From a bacterium (GTDB lineage Bacteria; Patescibacteriota; Saccharimonadia; Saccharimonadales; SZUA-47): a DNA stretch of 60,712 bases. The stretch is from assembly GCA_030427445.1 (NCBI GenBank), contig JAUIBQ010000004.1:1-60712 (forward strand), given 5' to 3'. Under the pieces are notes generated by a model. That model ran no database searches. It was given only the letters and a program-made list of their open reading frames with translations, and was not told the DNA's origin. Made by a program: the position numbers and the translations under genes. Below, piece after piece: positions 42,701 through 54,500 of this stretch; the stretch's first letter is position 1; every line of letters begins with the position of its first letter.

Positions 42701-44503
42701 GATAGTGCAAGCCCTACAAACACTGTGTACATCTCACCTAAGTTAAGTGGAGGTGGAAATATTACAACAGCATGGGCGACTGATGCGGACGTGCCAGATG
42801 TTGCAAGGAGCGGTGCAACAGTTATCTCATATGCCAACAACCTGTATTTCTTAGGAGGAAACGACGGAACAAACTATCTTTCTGATGTGCAGTTTACAAC
42901 AATAGGTTATAAAACAGGCACTATTAGTCAGTCAGGTACGACTTTGACCGGTACTGGTACCACATGGACATCTAGTATGGTTGGGAGTGTTGTTCAGTAC
43001 GCTGATGGTTCCTATGCTAATGTCACTGGGTTCACAAATGCTACCACGCTAACTGTTGATGCTAGTAAAACCGTGGACCCAGGCACAAGATACCTCATTG
43101 ACGATGGATCAGTAGGGAACTGGACGTATACTACTAACCTAACACGACAAGTAAGTGACGCAGATGGATTTGCAGTAAATGGTTTTATCTATCTATTTGG
43201 CGGTAGGTCTTCTGATTTTGAATGCACAAACAATAGTTATGTAGCACCAATAAGCGCTAATACCACAATCGACTCTGGAAACAATCCAACAGGTATAGGT
43301 GAATGGTACCAGACTAACGTAGAATTTTCAGGAGCCCGTCGCAGCCCTGCAGTTGCGTATAGTGAAGGTAAGGTTTATATATCAGGAGGAGGATGCGATA
43401 CCGGTACTATACAATACGGTCAATACACATTCGATTCAGATAATGACTCTGATGAATCAGCGTGGACTTTTGTCTCGGATAACGGTTCTAATGGTCTAAA
43501 CCCAGCAAATACTGGGCGCGCATGGTCTCACGATACCAATGATACTTCTTCAGGCAATGTGGGTCCGACTTCTGGACAGGGGGGCAATCCTGACGGTTAC
43601 GTGTATACAGAAGCTTCAAACCCGGCGAGTGGGGGCGATACGTTTACTATGACCTTAAATAATACATTAAATGCATCTACACATGACTGGGAGGTCGACT
43701 TCTTCTGGAATCAACGCGGTGATGACAATACTGCAATCGTACGAGTGCAGACAAATGAAGGCGGTGGAGGTTGGGTCACACGGGGGACGTACGGTAGCGG
43801 AGGACCAGATGTCGCATCTGGCGGAACTCAGGTGTGGAATGGTGAGACGCTAGACTTAGCTTCAGCAATAAGTAACTCATCAACTCAGGTAAGATTCCAA
43901 GTAACCTTAGGGTCTACAGGAAATATATGGCATAACGACTTTGGGCTGGACTCGATCACCATTACGGGTACAGCTCCATCAGTGTATCCTGAGCTAACTT
44001 CAAGTCAGCACTATATAGGTACGCTTCGAGCTCAACCTCAAGTGGCCCGGTACTCATATTTCGTAGATGCAGATAGTGATGTGTTCCCGAACTCATGGTT
44101 GCTTAACGGTCTGGATAATAACATTGGTGCACGGTGGCAGTTTGCATATCGTTCGTCTACAGATGCTGCAAATACATGGGGGCTTGATACGGACTTTGGT
44201 GATGTTCAGCTGGGACGAGTTGAACCGTATATCCCGAAAGATGGAGCAGGCGTAGACACTGAGTTCGCTAGGTACTTCTATGTCACAGTGTCAATCGACG
44301 CATCTCAAACATTCGGGTACCCAGACGATGTTGCGAGAGGCCCTACGGTGACAGATATGTCCCTCTTCTTCGTGTCTGATCCGAATAAACGGTTACGTCA
44401 TGGTAAGACGTTTATACAAGGGCTTGAACAGCCTCTGGACACGCCATGTAGAGTTAGTGGTGCAAGTCCCGCTGGAAGTCAGCCTAACTGTCCTATCCCT
44501 TAG
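36791..44503 (+). CDS. Giant Kelch-repeat surface protein with Gly-rich and MAM-like domains (2570 aa)
   Basis: N-terminal TM; KEDIVL...IPAP...YPLTIDP domain; Gly-rich domain (~37950-38850); many YxxGG Kelch blades; GPTSG...GYVYTEAS MAM-like segment (~43420-43970). Confidence 0.88.
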   Translation: MKRFRGYSKSSRSGKMVASGYYALSDIGLFILDRVERLTRSFSHSRRLSFLFLAVLFSFSIFSEALLFLSKVDASDRITGQVEQLLVEKISSYGNFLSLSEDGSHYEYNKGYQTGNSTLGTKASPKFSGQFPVDGSEGVTVNDPSSGVSIKIIPQFRVGDASKDENRLVYPLLGRDALKVVSLGGIGYKEDIVLNTYQGRSLEFDYELDIPNGIEARLEADGSVAFYGVRDELLGDVTTATEQDLQLLESAKENGEKTNLLFRIPAPYTLEYAREVSVVDTYFKLDGTTLTTVATNLAEAKYPLTIDPSVYVETARKFLRGNEETNVDFDVDNELIQKGTTTGARFNNWSSTLALNEGLYDGGSAVAGGYVYYVGGHTGAGGTTVETFTSDGTFNVPAGVTSVTVEMWGGGGGGGGGGTNAGSNGGDGGGGGYARSTVSVTPAENLNVLVGGGGGGGEVSGISGSGGGGGGHSEVNRGGSPLVIAPGGGGGGGGDNSGGAVAGGDGGAGGDSSGGLPGDSSGSAGGGGAATSSSGGSGGNGPNSDGEAGGSEFGGDGADGRDTEDNSDGSAANGGSNGGGPGGLANESAAGFGAGGGGGSGYYGGGGGAGSQSGGDGGGGGGSGVAYFGAGTSSTTSTGGSGATPGNSGDLDRAGAADGGSGGNSGGSQSAGSVGDDGIVIISYTVSASNTTNTTVYWANIDDNSGGVSSANPGNGACASWCTNTDYDLPEERRSFSLVAYNGFLYAIGGEDDSGNFESTVYIAKIGANGEPSLWHPTDDNKANWVYWYEDTSGALSTPTRYGAAKAFNNRLYFLGGETSGGVVSTVQYTDFEPTGTLSGWTTSGTSSMSTPRYMHSVEAYNDYLYVIGGDANTSGSLLNTVDYVKLANDGTFDGSWESTSAFSSARRTNGGKFTAVYGAYIYLTGGCVSVSSGYCQSVGDEIQIASIFADGSLGDWSTDSNETNNRVGYGLHTWQGHVYRVGGCTSVSPGSHDCSTALSGVDFGTINPPGEVSTVNITESYGSGNCTGATPNDCDLPATGDGSGQGGQMLSMSVILNGYLYVIGGCTNFGCSDSSGNVSYAQVSSDGSLVQESTCVANGNSYANSGNSTWCVDSTNRVNGTSGISAAGVTVFENRIYLVGGIDGTATGTQSIYWNTINSDGSLSGAWSSTSLNAAGITAYTELSYTYAYARANPQAAGTNPGNLYVLGGCTSFSASAGCSSSYASEVYKCNITTSGAVSGCTTSGQLQIDSELASESNEGLGLHSGTVYANYIYLIGGYSDNVGDRDTVFYARFDDSNNIVDVESGTAVLGDPDDDWIQSANDLDVGRRRGWAFGYNGHIYAVGGYDDTGTGIIPFIEWGKLNVSDGSLDTFVTSSITINQRWGLSMVVSNSFAYVVGGCDVGPSPGGCSSFEPSVQTFQLYNNDSGAQANYTEQIGNFATNNDRIGSSAAILDGYIYVAGGDTSGTATNNVQYAKLNANGTIGSWSDTTASLPSARSYGQLEVSGGTLYYVGGEDTAGDEKSEVYYATPTTTSAANDTIRSTTYKLNSNEFSGVNYTLSLNNNLESDYYVMVAGADDTNGTSGPDSSHVRVDGDPFGNLTATTAADEIRLERGSSDDNWNGTVTVVECIDNCATDGFQLREVIDGTLQSGDTSEDFTLSSAHDTNTVPFGGYLGGGLSTTDTNQNNFNATAGVRVRKNSTNQIRVERNDTQGTASAADITIYVVEWGSSWNVQEVNVDNWSEGGAGVDATGEYHQESISSVTGANTWVWKSPGTSEQNGLGDGAFGKVLTLGDGVADPTGTVTQISLGSRYSDAADVRDDTVYVMEHSSLAVDYRFHTESGTITFTETVDSSIEPETVSTIGNVTSSEGYRVPLFYYSSTGTGTAYTRVAGYSHYYTNDTTVSISRDYNGQDNAGWLQSVDFGNLAGSGGGAGDISTWSTASNGLPGDRTKHGAAVWNDRIYVVGGLNDSASPTNTVYISPKLSGGGNITTAWATDADVPDVARSGATVISYANNLYFLGGNDGTNYLSDVQFTTIGYKTGTISQSGTTLTGTGTTWTSSMVGSVVQYADGSYANVTGFTNATTLTVDASKTVDPGTRYLIDDGSVGNWTYTTNLTRQVSDADGFAVNGFIYLFGGRSSDFECTNNSYVAPISANTTIDSGNNPTGIGEWYQTNVEFSGARRSPAVAYSEGKVYISGGGCDTGTIQYGQYTFDSDNDSDESAWTFVSDNGSNGLNPANTGRAWSHDTNDTSSGNVGPTSGQGGNPDGYVYTEASNPASGGDTFTMTLNNTLNASTHDWEVDFFWNQRGDDNTAIVRVQTNEGGGGWVTRGTYGSGGPDVASGGTQVWNGETLDLASAISNSSTQVRFQVTLGSTGNIWHNDFGLDSITITGTAPSVYPELTSSQHYIGTLRAQPQVARYSYFVDADSDVFPNSWLLNGLDNNIGARWQFAYRSSTDAANTWGLDTDFGDVQLGRVEPYIPKDGAGVDTEFARYFYVTVSIDASQTFGYPDDVARGPTVTDMSLFFVSDPNKRLRHGKTFIQGLEQPLDTPCRVSGASPAGSQPNCPIP

Positions 44504-44525
44504 TGTGCGATAATGAGAGTGCAGT

Positions 44526-45344
44526 ATGAGTGATGATATAAAAAACAGGTTTAAATCAGTTCAGAGAAATGACGAAGAAACTACTGATGATATTTTCTCA
44601 ATTTGGAAAAAACAAGATGAAATGCAGAAAGAAGACAAAAAGCTCAATGAAGAGTTACTTGAAGCGAAAAAGAAAGCTAAGGAGCTGAAAAAGACGCTTC
44701 GAAAGCATCAGTATGGAAAGAGTAAAGAGGCAGTTAATACCGCTCTATATCGACGAAAAGTAGCTAACTTCATAAAAGATGTAAGCGAATTTATTAGCAG
44801 GCTTACTTCAAGATTGAAGATAGTGTCGAGGCGTCAAAGCGTGTATGCTTTGACCGCTATAATAGGTGTAGTTATGATTGGTTTTATTATTACTGCACAA
44901 GGTGGTAAAGAAGATTCTAGGGATACTCTAGGAGATAGCTCTTCTTCAGTAAATACTTCTGTAGAGCTGCCTCGTGAAACACCTTCAGATTTCGACTTAT
45001 TGTTGCCAGATGGGTCAGCCGACTCAGAGTATGAAATCGTACGAATTAGCCCCGAAGGAGCTGAGCCTTCTTATACATACCTTGATAAGTTCTCCTCAAA
45101 CAGCAATCTTTTTCGTGTAACTCAACAAAAAGTTCCTGAGGGGTTTGACCTTAATGCCACTGCTACAGGCTTTCAGGCTACTGACATTATCCAGTTAGAC
45201 GATACAAAAATTTATCATGGGTATTCAGAAGAAGGAAATATTCAATCACTTTTATTAGTTAAAGAAGATGTTTTGATCACTATACGAAGTAACGGCAAAT
45301 TCAGCGATGATCTGTGGGTCTCATATATTACTTCTCTACAATAG
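44526..45344 (+). CDS. Single-pass membrane protein with N-terminal coiled coil (272 aa)
   Basis: Charged helical N-terminus, TM VYALTAIIGVVMIGFIIT, external C-terminal domain. Confidence 0.8.
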   Translation: MSDDIKNRFKSVQRNDEETTDDIFSIWKKQDEMQKEDKKLNEELLEAKKKAKELKKTLRKHQYGKSKEAVNTALYRRKVANFIKDVSEFISRLTSRLKIVSRRQSVYALTAIIGVVMIGFIITAQGGKEDSRDTLGDSSSSVNTSVELPRETPSDFDLLLPDGSADSEYEIVRISPEGAEPSYTYLDKFSSNSNLFRVTQQKVPEGFDLNATATGFQATDIIQLDDTKIYHGYSEEGNIQSLLLVKEDVLITIRSNGKFSDDLWVSYITSLQ

Positions 45345-45428
45345 AATTTAACACTTAATAAAGTAAATTTTAGTTGTTATATTCACAACGAAAAATTACA
45401 TAATAAAGTCTACACAATATTGTTTGCT

Positions 45429-45492
45429 TGTGGATAAGTATCCATAATAATAATTAAGTTTTATTGATTTTTGCATACAAAATTTATACAAT
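45429..45492 (+). promoter_or_regulatory. Promoter of giant gene 3 with perfect DnaA box
   Basis: TGTGGATAA (45429-45437), TTGATT (45464), 17 nt, TACAAT (45487). Confidence 0.65.
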
Positions 45493-45547
45493 TACGGCAG
45501 ATCTAAAAAAATAAAAAAGATCAAAACAAAAAAACAAAAGGCTACAA

Positions 45548-48500
45548 ATGCACTATTCGGGAAGGGACGCCCGTAAAGCGTTTAAAGTAAAGAAAAAAGC
45601 ATTACTAGAGAATCATAGCTCTGGTAATGCTTTTTTTATTGCTTTTAAAGATTTAGGTAGCACACTAAGAATTAAATGGATACTATTCGCATGTATCTGT
45701 TTAGTCGTCCCATTTAGTGTGCTTCCTAGTTCTTTAACTGGTCAGATTGCAGAAGCGGCTCCTGCGGATACATTAAATTTCCAAGGACGCCTCCTCGATT
45801 CATCAGGTGGTCTCACTTCTGATGGTTTCTACGACATAGAATTTAATCTCTATGACAATGCTTCTGGTGGCTCTTCTCTCTGGACAGAAACATGGAACAC
45901 GGGAACAAGCCAAGTGAGAATAGCTAATGGTTACTTCTCTGTCTATCTTGGTACTCATACTTCTTTCCCTTCTCTGGATTGGACGGATGATAAGTTTCTC
46001 ACTATGAATGTCGAAGGAGACGGAGAAATGAATCCTCGTTTCCGGCTCACAGCAGTACCGTATGCCTTTGCAGCCCAGCAAGCTACTGAATTGGTAGCTT
46101 CTGACTCTGGTTTCACGACAAACGTCACTGTAGATACTCCAACTCAGAACAACAGCATAACTCTGCCAGATGAGTCAGGTGAGGTCTGTCTGACAAGTGG
46201 CAACTGTGCCGGTGTAGGTGGAGTGGGAGATATACTTGATGGTGGTCAAACAGGAGCTATATCCATTGGTACTACGAATGACACAACACTCACGTTACTC
46301 CAGAACAACAATGCAGCATTGACGGTAAACTCGTCTCAGCTCCTCCAGTTCAATGCCTACAGCTGTTCCACATTTGCTAACGGCGGTACACTTACCACAG
46401 ACGCAAGTGGTAACGTCATCTGTGCTGATGATGATGGTGGTGGGGGAGGTTCAGGAGTTACGACGATAGGTACTATCGACGGAGGAACGTTAAGCTCAAA
46501 CGGCGCTTCAATAAGTGGTACTACATTATATCTTCAAGCTGCTTCTACTCTGTATCCTGGGCTTGTTACAACAGGTTCGCAAACGTTTGCAGGAAGTAAG
46601 ACATTTAATTCACCTGCAGTATTTCAAGATTTGACTATTTCTGCAGGGGAAAGCCTACAGATTAATAGTGAGTGGTTTGGTGACTTAACTGGCAATGGTC
46701 TTACAAATTCAGGAAGTGCACTAACCGTTCTTGTGCAAGCAAACAAAGGTCTTGAAGTTGACAGCAATGGAATATCACTAATAGATTGTGCTGACGGCCA
46801 AATACTGCAGTACGCTACTGGTTCAAGCTCATGGGCGTGCGCAGATACGGCAGGTACTGGCTCAGATGAAATCATCACTGTAGCTGCAGTTGATTCTACA
46901 GCAACCCAAAAAGCAGCAGCCGACTATGTTGCTGATGGTACAAGCGACGAAACTGAAATCAACAATGCGCTAACAGAGGCCTACAACTCTGGAGTTGGTG
47001 GCGAAGTTATTCTGCTTGGCGGAACTTTCACAGTTGATGGGTCTATCTCGATTCCGAATAACACTACACTATCTGGTGAAGGGTCGGGTACAGTTATTGA
47101 GCTCGATAACCTTGATAGCGATATAAATTTAATTACTAACACCGACACTTCAGGCGGTACTGGTGTTGTTGTTCGCGATTTAACCCTTGATGGACGAAGT
47201 GATCTAAACACAGCAGGTAATCAATTTGCGATACTTTTTAGCGGTATGGGTAGTGTTTCAGCCGATAGAGCTGGGGGCCTGATAGAGAATGTAAGTATTG
47301 TTGATTTTAGCCCTGCTGGAGGGTTTTTCTACGGAGGTATAGCGCTAAATGGATCCGATAATAATGTTATAAGTGGCAACACGCTTGAAGGAAATGGGTT
47401 TGGTGTGTATGTCGGTGGATCTTCCAAGAACAAAATAACAGATAATTATATATCCGGAGGCAACTTGGGTATATATGCGCAGTTAACATCAAATGACAAC
47501 GTCATAGCTGACAACACTATTTCTGAACATTCTTTACATGGTATTCACTTTGATAGTAGCGGCACTGGTACTGCAATTACGGGTAACACTATAGAGAATA
47601 ATGATCAATTTGGCGTGTATCTTGAAAATGGATTTTATTATGCCTCTATAGTAGGCAACACTATTACCAGTAATGATTACGGTGGTATTTATCTAGATAT
47701 TGCTCATGGTAGCACGATTGCAGGTAATACATTTGATGGTAACGCCGGTGCCGTAAGCACCTATGCAGCAACCGATAATACTATTGTCGGAAATACTATA
47801 ACGAATAGCAGTATTGGTGGTGTCTATTTAGAGCAAAGCGACACCAACATAGTTTCTGATAACATTTTTACTAACAACGCAGGTGATAACATATATCTCG
47901 AGTCTGACAGTAATAATAATACGATTTCCAACAACATAATTACTGACTCAGCAGCTAGTGGGTTTGCGATAGAGATCAATGGAGCTACCAATGACAATAA
48001 CTATCTTTCAAACAACACATACTCTGGTACAGGGGCAGCTGGGATTAATGATTCCGGTACAAATACTATTTATGCAGGCCAAGTCGATACTTCTGGAAAT
48101 TATGATATACAACCTACAGGTACTGTTGAGCTTCTGGCAAATACAAATCTTACAGGAGATTTTGATGTCACAGGAACAACATCATTTGACGGTGCTGTTA
48201 CTATCGGTGATGCAGTTGGTGATACGCTTACTGTTAATGCAGGGTCTATTCAGTTCGCAAATAACTTTGTTAGTTGTACGGCCATTAATTCTGATGCTTC
48301 TGGTAACTTAGGTTGCGATACAAACACTTATCTTACAGCAGGAACTATATCATTACAGGGTTCCTATGACGGGGGTAATACAATCCTTGCAGATAATGCA
48401 GGAGGCGACATAGACTTTACGGTGTCTGAAGCAACCAGCTTTACAGTTGACATCACTGGTACAGGTTCTTTCCAAGTTCAAGACAGTGGTGTTGCTGTTT

Positions 48501-51500
48501 TTACAATTGCAGATGGTGGTGCCGTAACTGCTACACAGCTCGTTACACTCAATGGCGGTCTTACGGTAGAAGCTGGCGATACATTCACGTTTAACAATGA
48601 TGCATTTACGGATCTTACCGGTACAGGATTACAGATTAACTCTGGTAGCTTAGAAACAACTCTTGGCACAACAATCGAGACTTCAGAAATAACAGATGCT
48701 AATGTAACGAACTCAAAACTTGCTAATAGTCAGCTGGCGGTAAATACAGGCTCAGGGTTAGCGGGTGGTGGCAATATCTCATTGGGTGGTTCAAGAACGT
48801 TAAGTCTTGGTGACTTGTCATCTGATTGGACGCAAGCTGGTGGTTACGACATTATCCTCGACAACGCAGGCAGTGAGCTCCGGATTGTTGAAGCTTCTGG
48901 TGGAATATATTATGGCGAATTTGATGTCACGGATTTAAATGCAGACAGACTGTACACTTTTCCTGATGCATCAGGTGAGGTATCTGTTCTCGGTCAGATA
49001 ATTGAGAATGGCGAACTTCAAAACAGTAATGTAACAATTACAGCGGGTACAGGGCTGTCTGGAGGTGGGCTTGTCGCGTTGGGTGGAAGTGTGAGTCTTA
49101 CAAGCACACTAGGGTCATCTATTGATGGCACAGAAATCGATAACGGCACAATAGAAGCAATTGATTTTGAAGTGACAGCTGCTCCTACAGATAATTACGT
49201 ACTAAGTTATGATTCCGCGACAGGAGGGTTTACTTGGGTTGATCCGGGGGCTGTAGGTACACAATTGACAGAAGCAGAGGTTGAAGACTACATTTTCGAC
49301 GCTGATAATGGTGTAAAGGTTTTAAGCTCAGGACAGTTAGCGTTAAATTCATTGACTTATACTGGTCAACTCGAGAATGCAAATATCAGCGACACTCTTA
49401 CTATAGGCTCATCATCGACTGTTGACGACGGTGCGTTAAGTACTAACGTTTCATTACTCGGTAGTTCAATCGCATTGGGTTCAGAAACTACAGGCAACTA
49501 CGTACAATCGATTTCTACAGGTAACGGTATTCAAGGCGGTGTTAGTGGTGTGGGCAGCACCCCTGCTTTGTCTCTTAGTGATTTAACGGCGAACTGGAAC
49601 CAAACAGCCGCATTTGATTTAGTGTTGGATAACACTGATAGCCAACTTCGTATCTTAGATGATGCGGGTACATACTACGGTGAATTCAATGTTACAGGTA
49701 TAGGGTCTGACCAGGTCTATAACTTCGGTACTGGCGGAGTGATACTATCGTCTGGAAATATTGCATCATACGCAACAACAGGAGTTACTGCAGGCGCAGG
49801 TTTAGTTAACGGAGGTACGACCGGAACTATTACGTTAGATGTCGGGGCGGGTAATGGTCTTACGGTAAATGCTAACGATATAGAAGTAGATTATGGCTCA
49901 AGTGCTAACACGGCTGTCGAAGGAAATACAACGATAACTATATCTGCTGGTACAGGTCTTTCAGGGGGTGGACTATTAACTCTCGGAGCAGGAGGTACAG
50001 TAACATTAAATAGCAATCTTGGAGACACAATAGATAGCTCAGAGATAGTAAATGGTACTATTCAAGGTGCTGATCTGGAGTCTACTAATAGTGCGACCGA
50101 CACATATGTATTAACTTATGATAGTGCAACAGACGGGTTTACATATGTTTCTCAAGCTGCAGTAGGTAGCGCAGGTGGTAGTGGCGTAACATCTCTTAAC
50201 TCGCTCACAGGAGCCCTATCTATAAACGGGAATTCTCAAATTTCCGTTGCACCATCTGGGACAGACATAGATCTAAGTATCGCAACAGGCAGCATAGGCG
50301 CAACTCAGCTCGGTTCAACCGCAGTTACTGCAAGTAGTTATGGTTCAGCTAGTCAAGTAGCAACATTTACTGTAGACGGTGATGGTCGTCTGACTGCCGC
50401 CGGAAACACTTCAATCTCTATAGCCGCTACTCAAGTCACCAGCGGTACATTATCTGTTTCGCGTGGCGGTACTGGCGTAGGGTCTCACACGTCAGGAGGA
50501 ATCTTGCTTGGTAACGGCACAAGTGCAATACAAAATACAGGCGTGTTAACGAATGGTCAATTACTTATTGGTGATGGATCAGGAGCACCTACAGTAGCAA
50601 CATTAAGCTCGGGTTCAGGTATAAATATCACAAATGGTTCGGGTAGTATAACGATCGCATCTACACTAGGAACTGCCGTAGACGGAAGTGAAATCGTTAA
50701 CGGTAGTATAGAGGCTGTTGATATTGAATCTACAAATGTTGCGGGTGCCGGAACTGACAACTATTTGTTGTCATATGACAATGCTACAGGTGGCTTCACC
50801 TATGTAGATGGAGGAAGCGTTGGAACGACTCTGACTGAGGCTCAAGTCGAAGCTTACATCTTCGATGGCGACAACTCAGGGATACTTAGTTCTGGTACAT
50901 TAGCCCTCAACTCATTAAGCTACACAGGTAGCTTAGGAGTAAGTAATGGTGGCACTGGACTAACAAGTGCTGGTGCAGCAGGTGGTGTGTATTATTCTAC
51001 GGGAACAGCATTCGCCAATAGTGGAGTGGGAACTTCGGGCCAATGTTTACTTAGTAGTGGAGCAGGTGCGCCAACCTGGGGTAATTGTGGTGGGTCTGGT
51101 GCAGGAGCAGTGACACTGCAGGTAGCATATGATCAAGGAAATACAATTACTACTACGAACGCAAGAAACATAGCATATACTCTTGCAAACACAGCAACAG
51201 ATAGTGATTTTGTTGTTAATATTGCATCGGGTTCTTCAAGTGAAGTTGCATTTCAATTTAACGGTTCGTCATTATTACGAATAGATAGCGGTGGAATTGA
51301 CCTTATTGATGTCGATGTAGCTGATTTCAGCGGAGCGACTGTTACATTTGATGCTGGAGAAATTTTAGAAACAGAAATAGCTCAAAATTCTCTTGATGAT
51401 TCAGAGATTGAAGACGATAGTCTGACTTCTAGTAGTTTGGCGGCTAACTCTGTTGACTCATCAGAACTCTCAAGTACCACCGTCGGTGCTGGAAGTTATG

Positions 51501-54500
51501 GTACCGCTAGTTCAGTAAGTTCATTCACGGTTGACGCAGATGGCAGGTTGACTGCTGCGAGCAATACTCCTATAGCAATAGCAGCTACGCAAATTACTTC
51601 TGGTCAACTTAACGATGCTCGATTAAGTGCAAATGTGGCATTACTAGATCGTTCCGGTCAAACATTCACCGGAGCAAATACTTTTAGTGCTGCCGGAACT
51701 GCATTAACTGTAACGAATAATGTTAGTATCGGTGGATCACTTAGTCTTGCAGGTTCAGTAGTAAGGAGCTGGAGTGCATCTGATACAGATGTGGATAGTC
51801 TTGTCACTGGCACAACTTCTTCAGGTACACTTGTTGAATCACCTGAAAATGCACACTTTACAATCGGATTACGTGAAAACGGAGCTGATGATTCATTCAG
51901 TATTATTAGCGGTGATGGCAACTATAGTTCAGACACAACATACGATAAAGTGGTGTTGCGAGTAAATGCGAATGGCGCAACTACTTTAGGCGGCAACACA
52001 ACTATCCAGGGAGATTTAACAGCTACTGGAGCTAACCTTATACTCGGTACAACAGATCTTAGTGAGGCAGATCTCGACGCGCTTGACGACGGAGTCATTA
52101 ATTTAAATACTGAAACTACTGGAACACTTTCAGTAGGGAATGGTGGTACAGGTACAACAACACTGGCTTCTGGTGTGCTGTTCGGTAACGGCACTAGTGC
52201 GATAACATCAACAGGAACCCTTAGTAATGGACAGCTTCTAATTGGTGATGGTTCCGGCGCTCCAAGCCTTGCTACATTAACACAAGGATCTGGTGTAACT
52301 ATAACGAATGGTGCAGGATCGATCTCGATTGCGTCTACATTAGGCACAAGCATAGACAGCAGTGAGATAACTAATGGATCAATCGCAGAAGTAGATCTTA
52401 GTATTTCAAACTCTCAGGCATCTGGATGGGTTCTAACATCTGATGGCTCTGGTGGCTTTACATGGGTAGACCCGGGAACCGTCGGTTCGACTCTAGATGA
52501 GGCAACTGTAGAGAGTTATATCTTCGACGGCGACAATTCAGGTACTCTTAGCTCTGGCACTCTTGCTCTTGACTCATTAAGCTACACTGGAGACTTAAAC
52601 GATGCTCAGATTAGCAATTCGCTAACAATCACAGCTGGGAGTGTGAATGGTTCGGTGTTGACTGCAGGCAGTGTGGCGAATGGGTCATTAGCCAATAGCT
52701 CGATTACTGTTACGACTGGGAATGGTTTAACTGGTGGAGGCGGTGTCTCACTTGGTGGGTCACTTGGCCTATCGTTATCAGCACTTACTGCTAACTGGGA
52801 TCAAACTGGGGCCTACGATATCGTGCTTAACAATGCTGCAAGTGAGTTGCAGATCTTGGAGAGCGTAGGGGGCACATATTATGGTACGTTTGACGTGGGC
52901 AACCTAAGTAGTAACCAGACATTTACTTTCTTGAATGGTGGCACAGTTGTTACTAGCAGCAATACATCCACGTACGCTACAACAGGAGTAACTGCTGGGA
53001 GTGGTCTTACTGGTGGTGGCACTACAGGGGTTCTTGGAGTAAACGTTGGTGCTGGTACCGGTATTACTGTTAATGCTGATGATATTGAAGTCGACTATGG
53101 CAATACAGCCGGTACAGCTGTTGAAGGTAATACTTCTATATCTGTTACGGCGGGAACAGGTCTTTCTGGGGGAGGAAGTATTACCCTAGGATCAGGTGGT
53201 TCAGTCTCATTACAGAGTACGCTTGGTACTAATATAGATTCAAGTGAAATAGTTAACGGAACAATTCAAGAAGTTGACTTAGAAGTTACGAACGCAGGTA
53301 CAGACAATTACTTATTAAGCTACGATTCTGCGACAGGCGGATTTACCTGGGTAGACCCAACTGGTGTTGGAGTAAACGAAGCAACAGTCGAAGCCTACAT
53401 CTTCGATGGCGACAACTCAGGGACACTTAGTTCTGGTACACTAGCCCTCAACTCATTAAGCTACACAGGTAGCTTAGGAGTAAGTAATGGTGGCACTGGA
53501 CTAACAAGTGCTGGTGCAGCAGGTGGTGTGTATTATTCTACGGGAACAGGTTTTGCTAATAGCGGAGCAGGCACAAGTGGAAATTGTCTCGTAAGCAATG
53601 GCGCAGGAGCTCCTAGTTGGGGTGCATGTGGTGGTGGTGCCGGCTTAACCACTCTGCAGGTTGCCTACGATAATGGTAGTAATTTAACAACAACAAACAA
53701 TCGCGATATCGAGTTTGTACTTGCAGACACGACGACCGACTCTTCATTCATCATTAATTTACAGGGCACAGGCAACTTATTTGACGTTCAAGATGCTGGC
53801 ACTAGCAAGCTGACTGTTGACGGTGCTGGTAATGTGGGAATTAATGATGCTTCACCAGGCTATAATCTTGATGTAAACGGTACATTTAGAGTCGTTGGAG
53901 CATCTTATTTTAACGGGCATATTGATTTAGGTAATGCGACTACTGACAATATTAGTTTTATCGGTCAAGTTGATAGTGACATTTTGCCCGCTACTAACGA
54001 TACGTATTCATTAGGCTCTTCTACACTTCGGTGGCAAGATCTATATCTTGGGCCAGCGAGCTTACACATTGGGGCCGATGGCGATGAAGGTGTATTGAGT
54101 TACAATACGGGAACTAACCAGTTCAACTTTGATAAAACAGTTAGAATTGATGCTGGTAGCGACACAAATGGAGGCTTACTTGTTAATGGTACTTCACAGC
54201 CGAATATTATGATTGCAAATGCTGGAACGATTAGAGCTCGTCTCGCGGTGGCCACTGTTGGCGGGGGCTACTCAAGCGATTCGAGTGTAAATGATGTCAT
54301 ATTGCGCTCTGAAGGAACGCGATTATTGTTCAATACTAACGGTGGCGGTGCATCTAGCTTAGCGGTAAACGGAGCGGACGTAGGAATCGGTACGCAAAAC
54401 CCTAATGCACGACTGCAAGTAAACGTTAATAATTCCGGTGTATCAGGAGACTTGAACACTACTGGAGTTGTTTCAGACTTAGACTCTAGAGATGGAGTTA

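Noticed and set aside
45380..45450. oriC at the DnaA box
   Set aside because: Only one perfect and a few weak boxes, with no dnaA/dnaN nearby; a promoter site fits better (GC skew not computed)
45556..45582. c-di-GMP-I riboswitch (GGGACGC...AAAGC resemblance)
   Set aside because: Lacks the GGCAAA/GNRA P2 and P3 arrangement; only a 4-bp stem
50845..53549. DGR template/variable repeat pair
   Set aside because: Only three T/C transitions, both copies mid-gene, and no reverse transcriptase in the window
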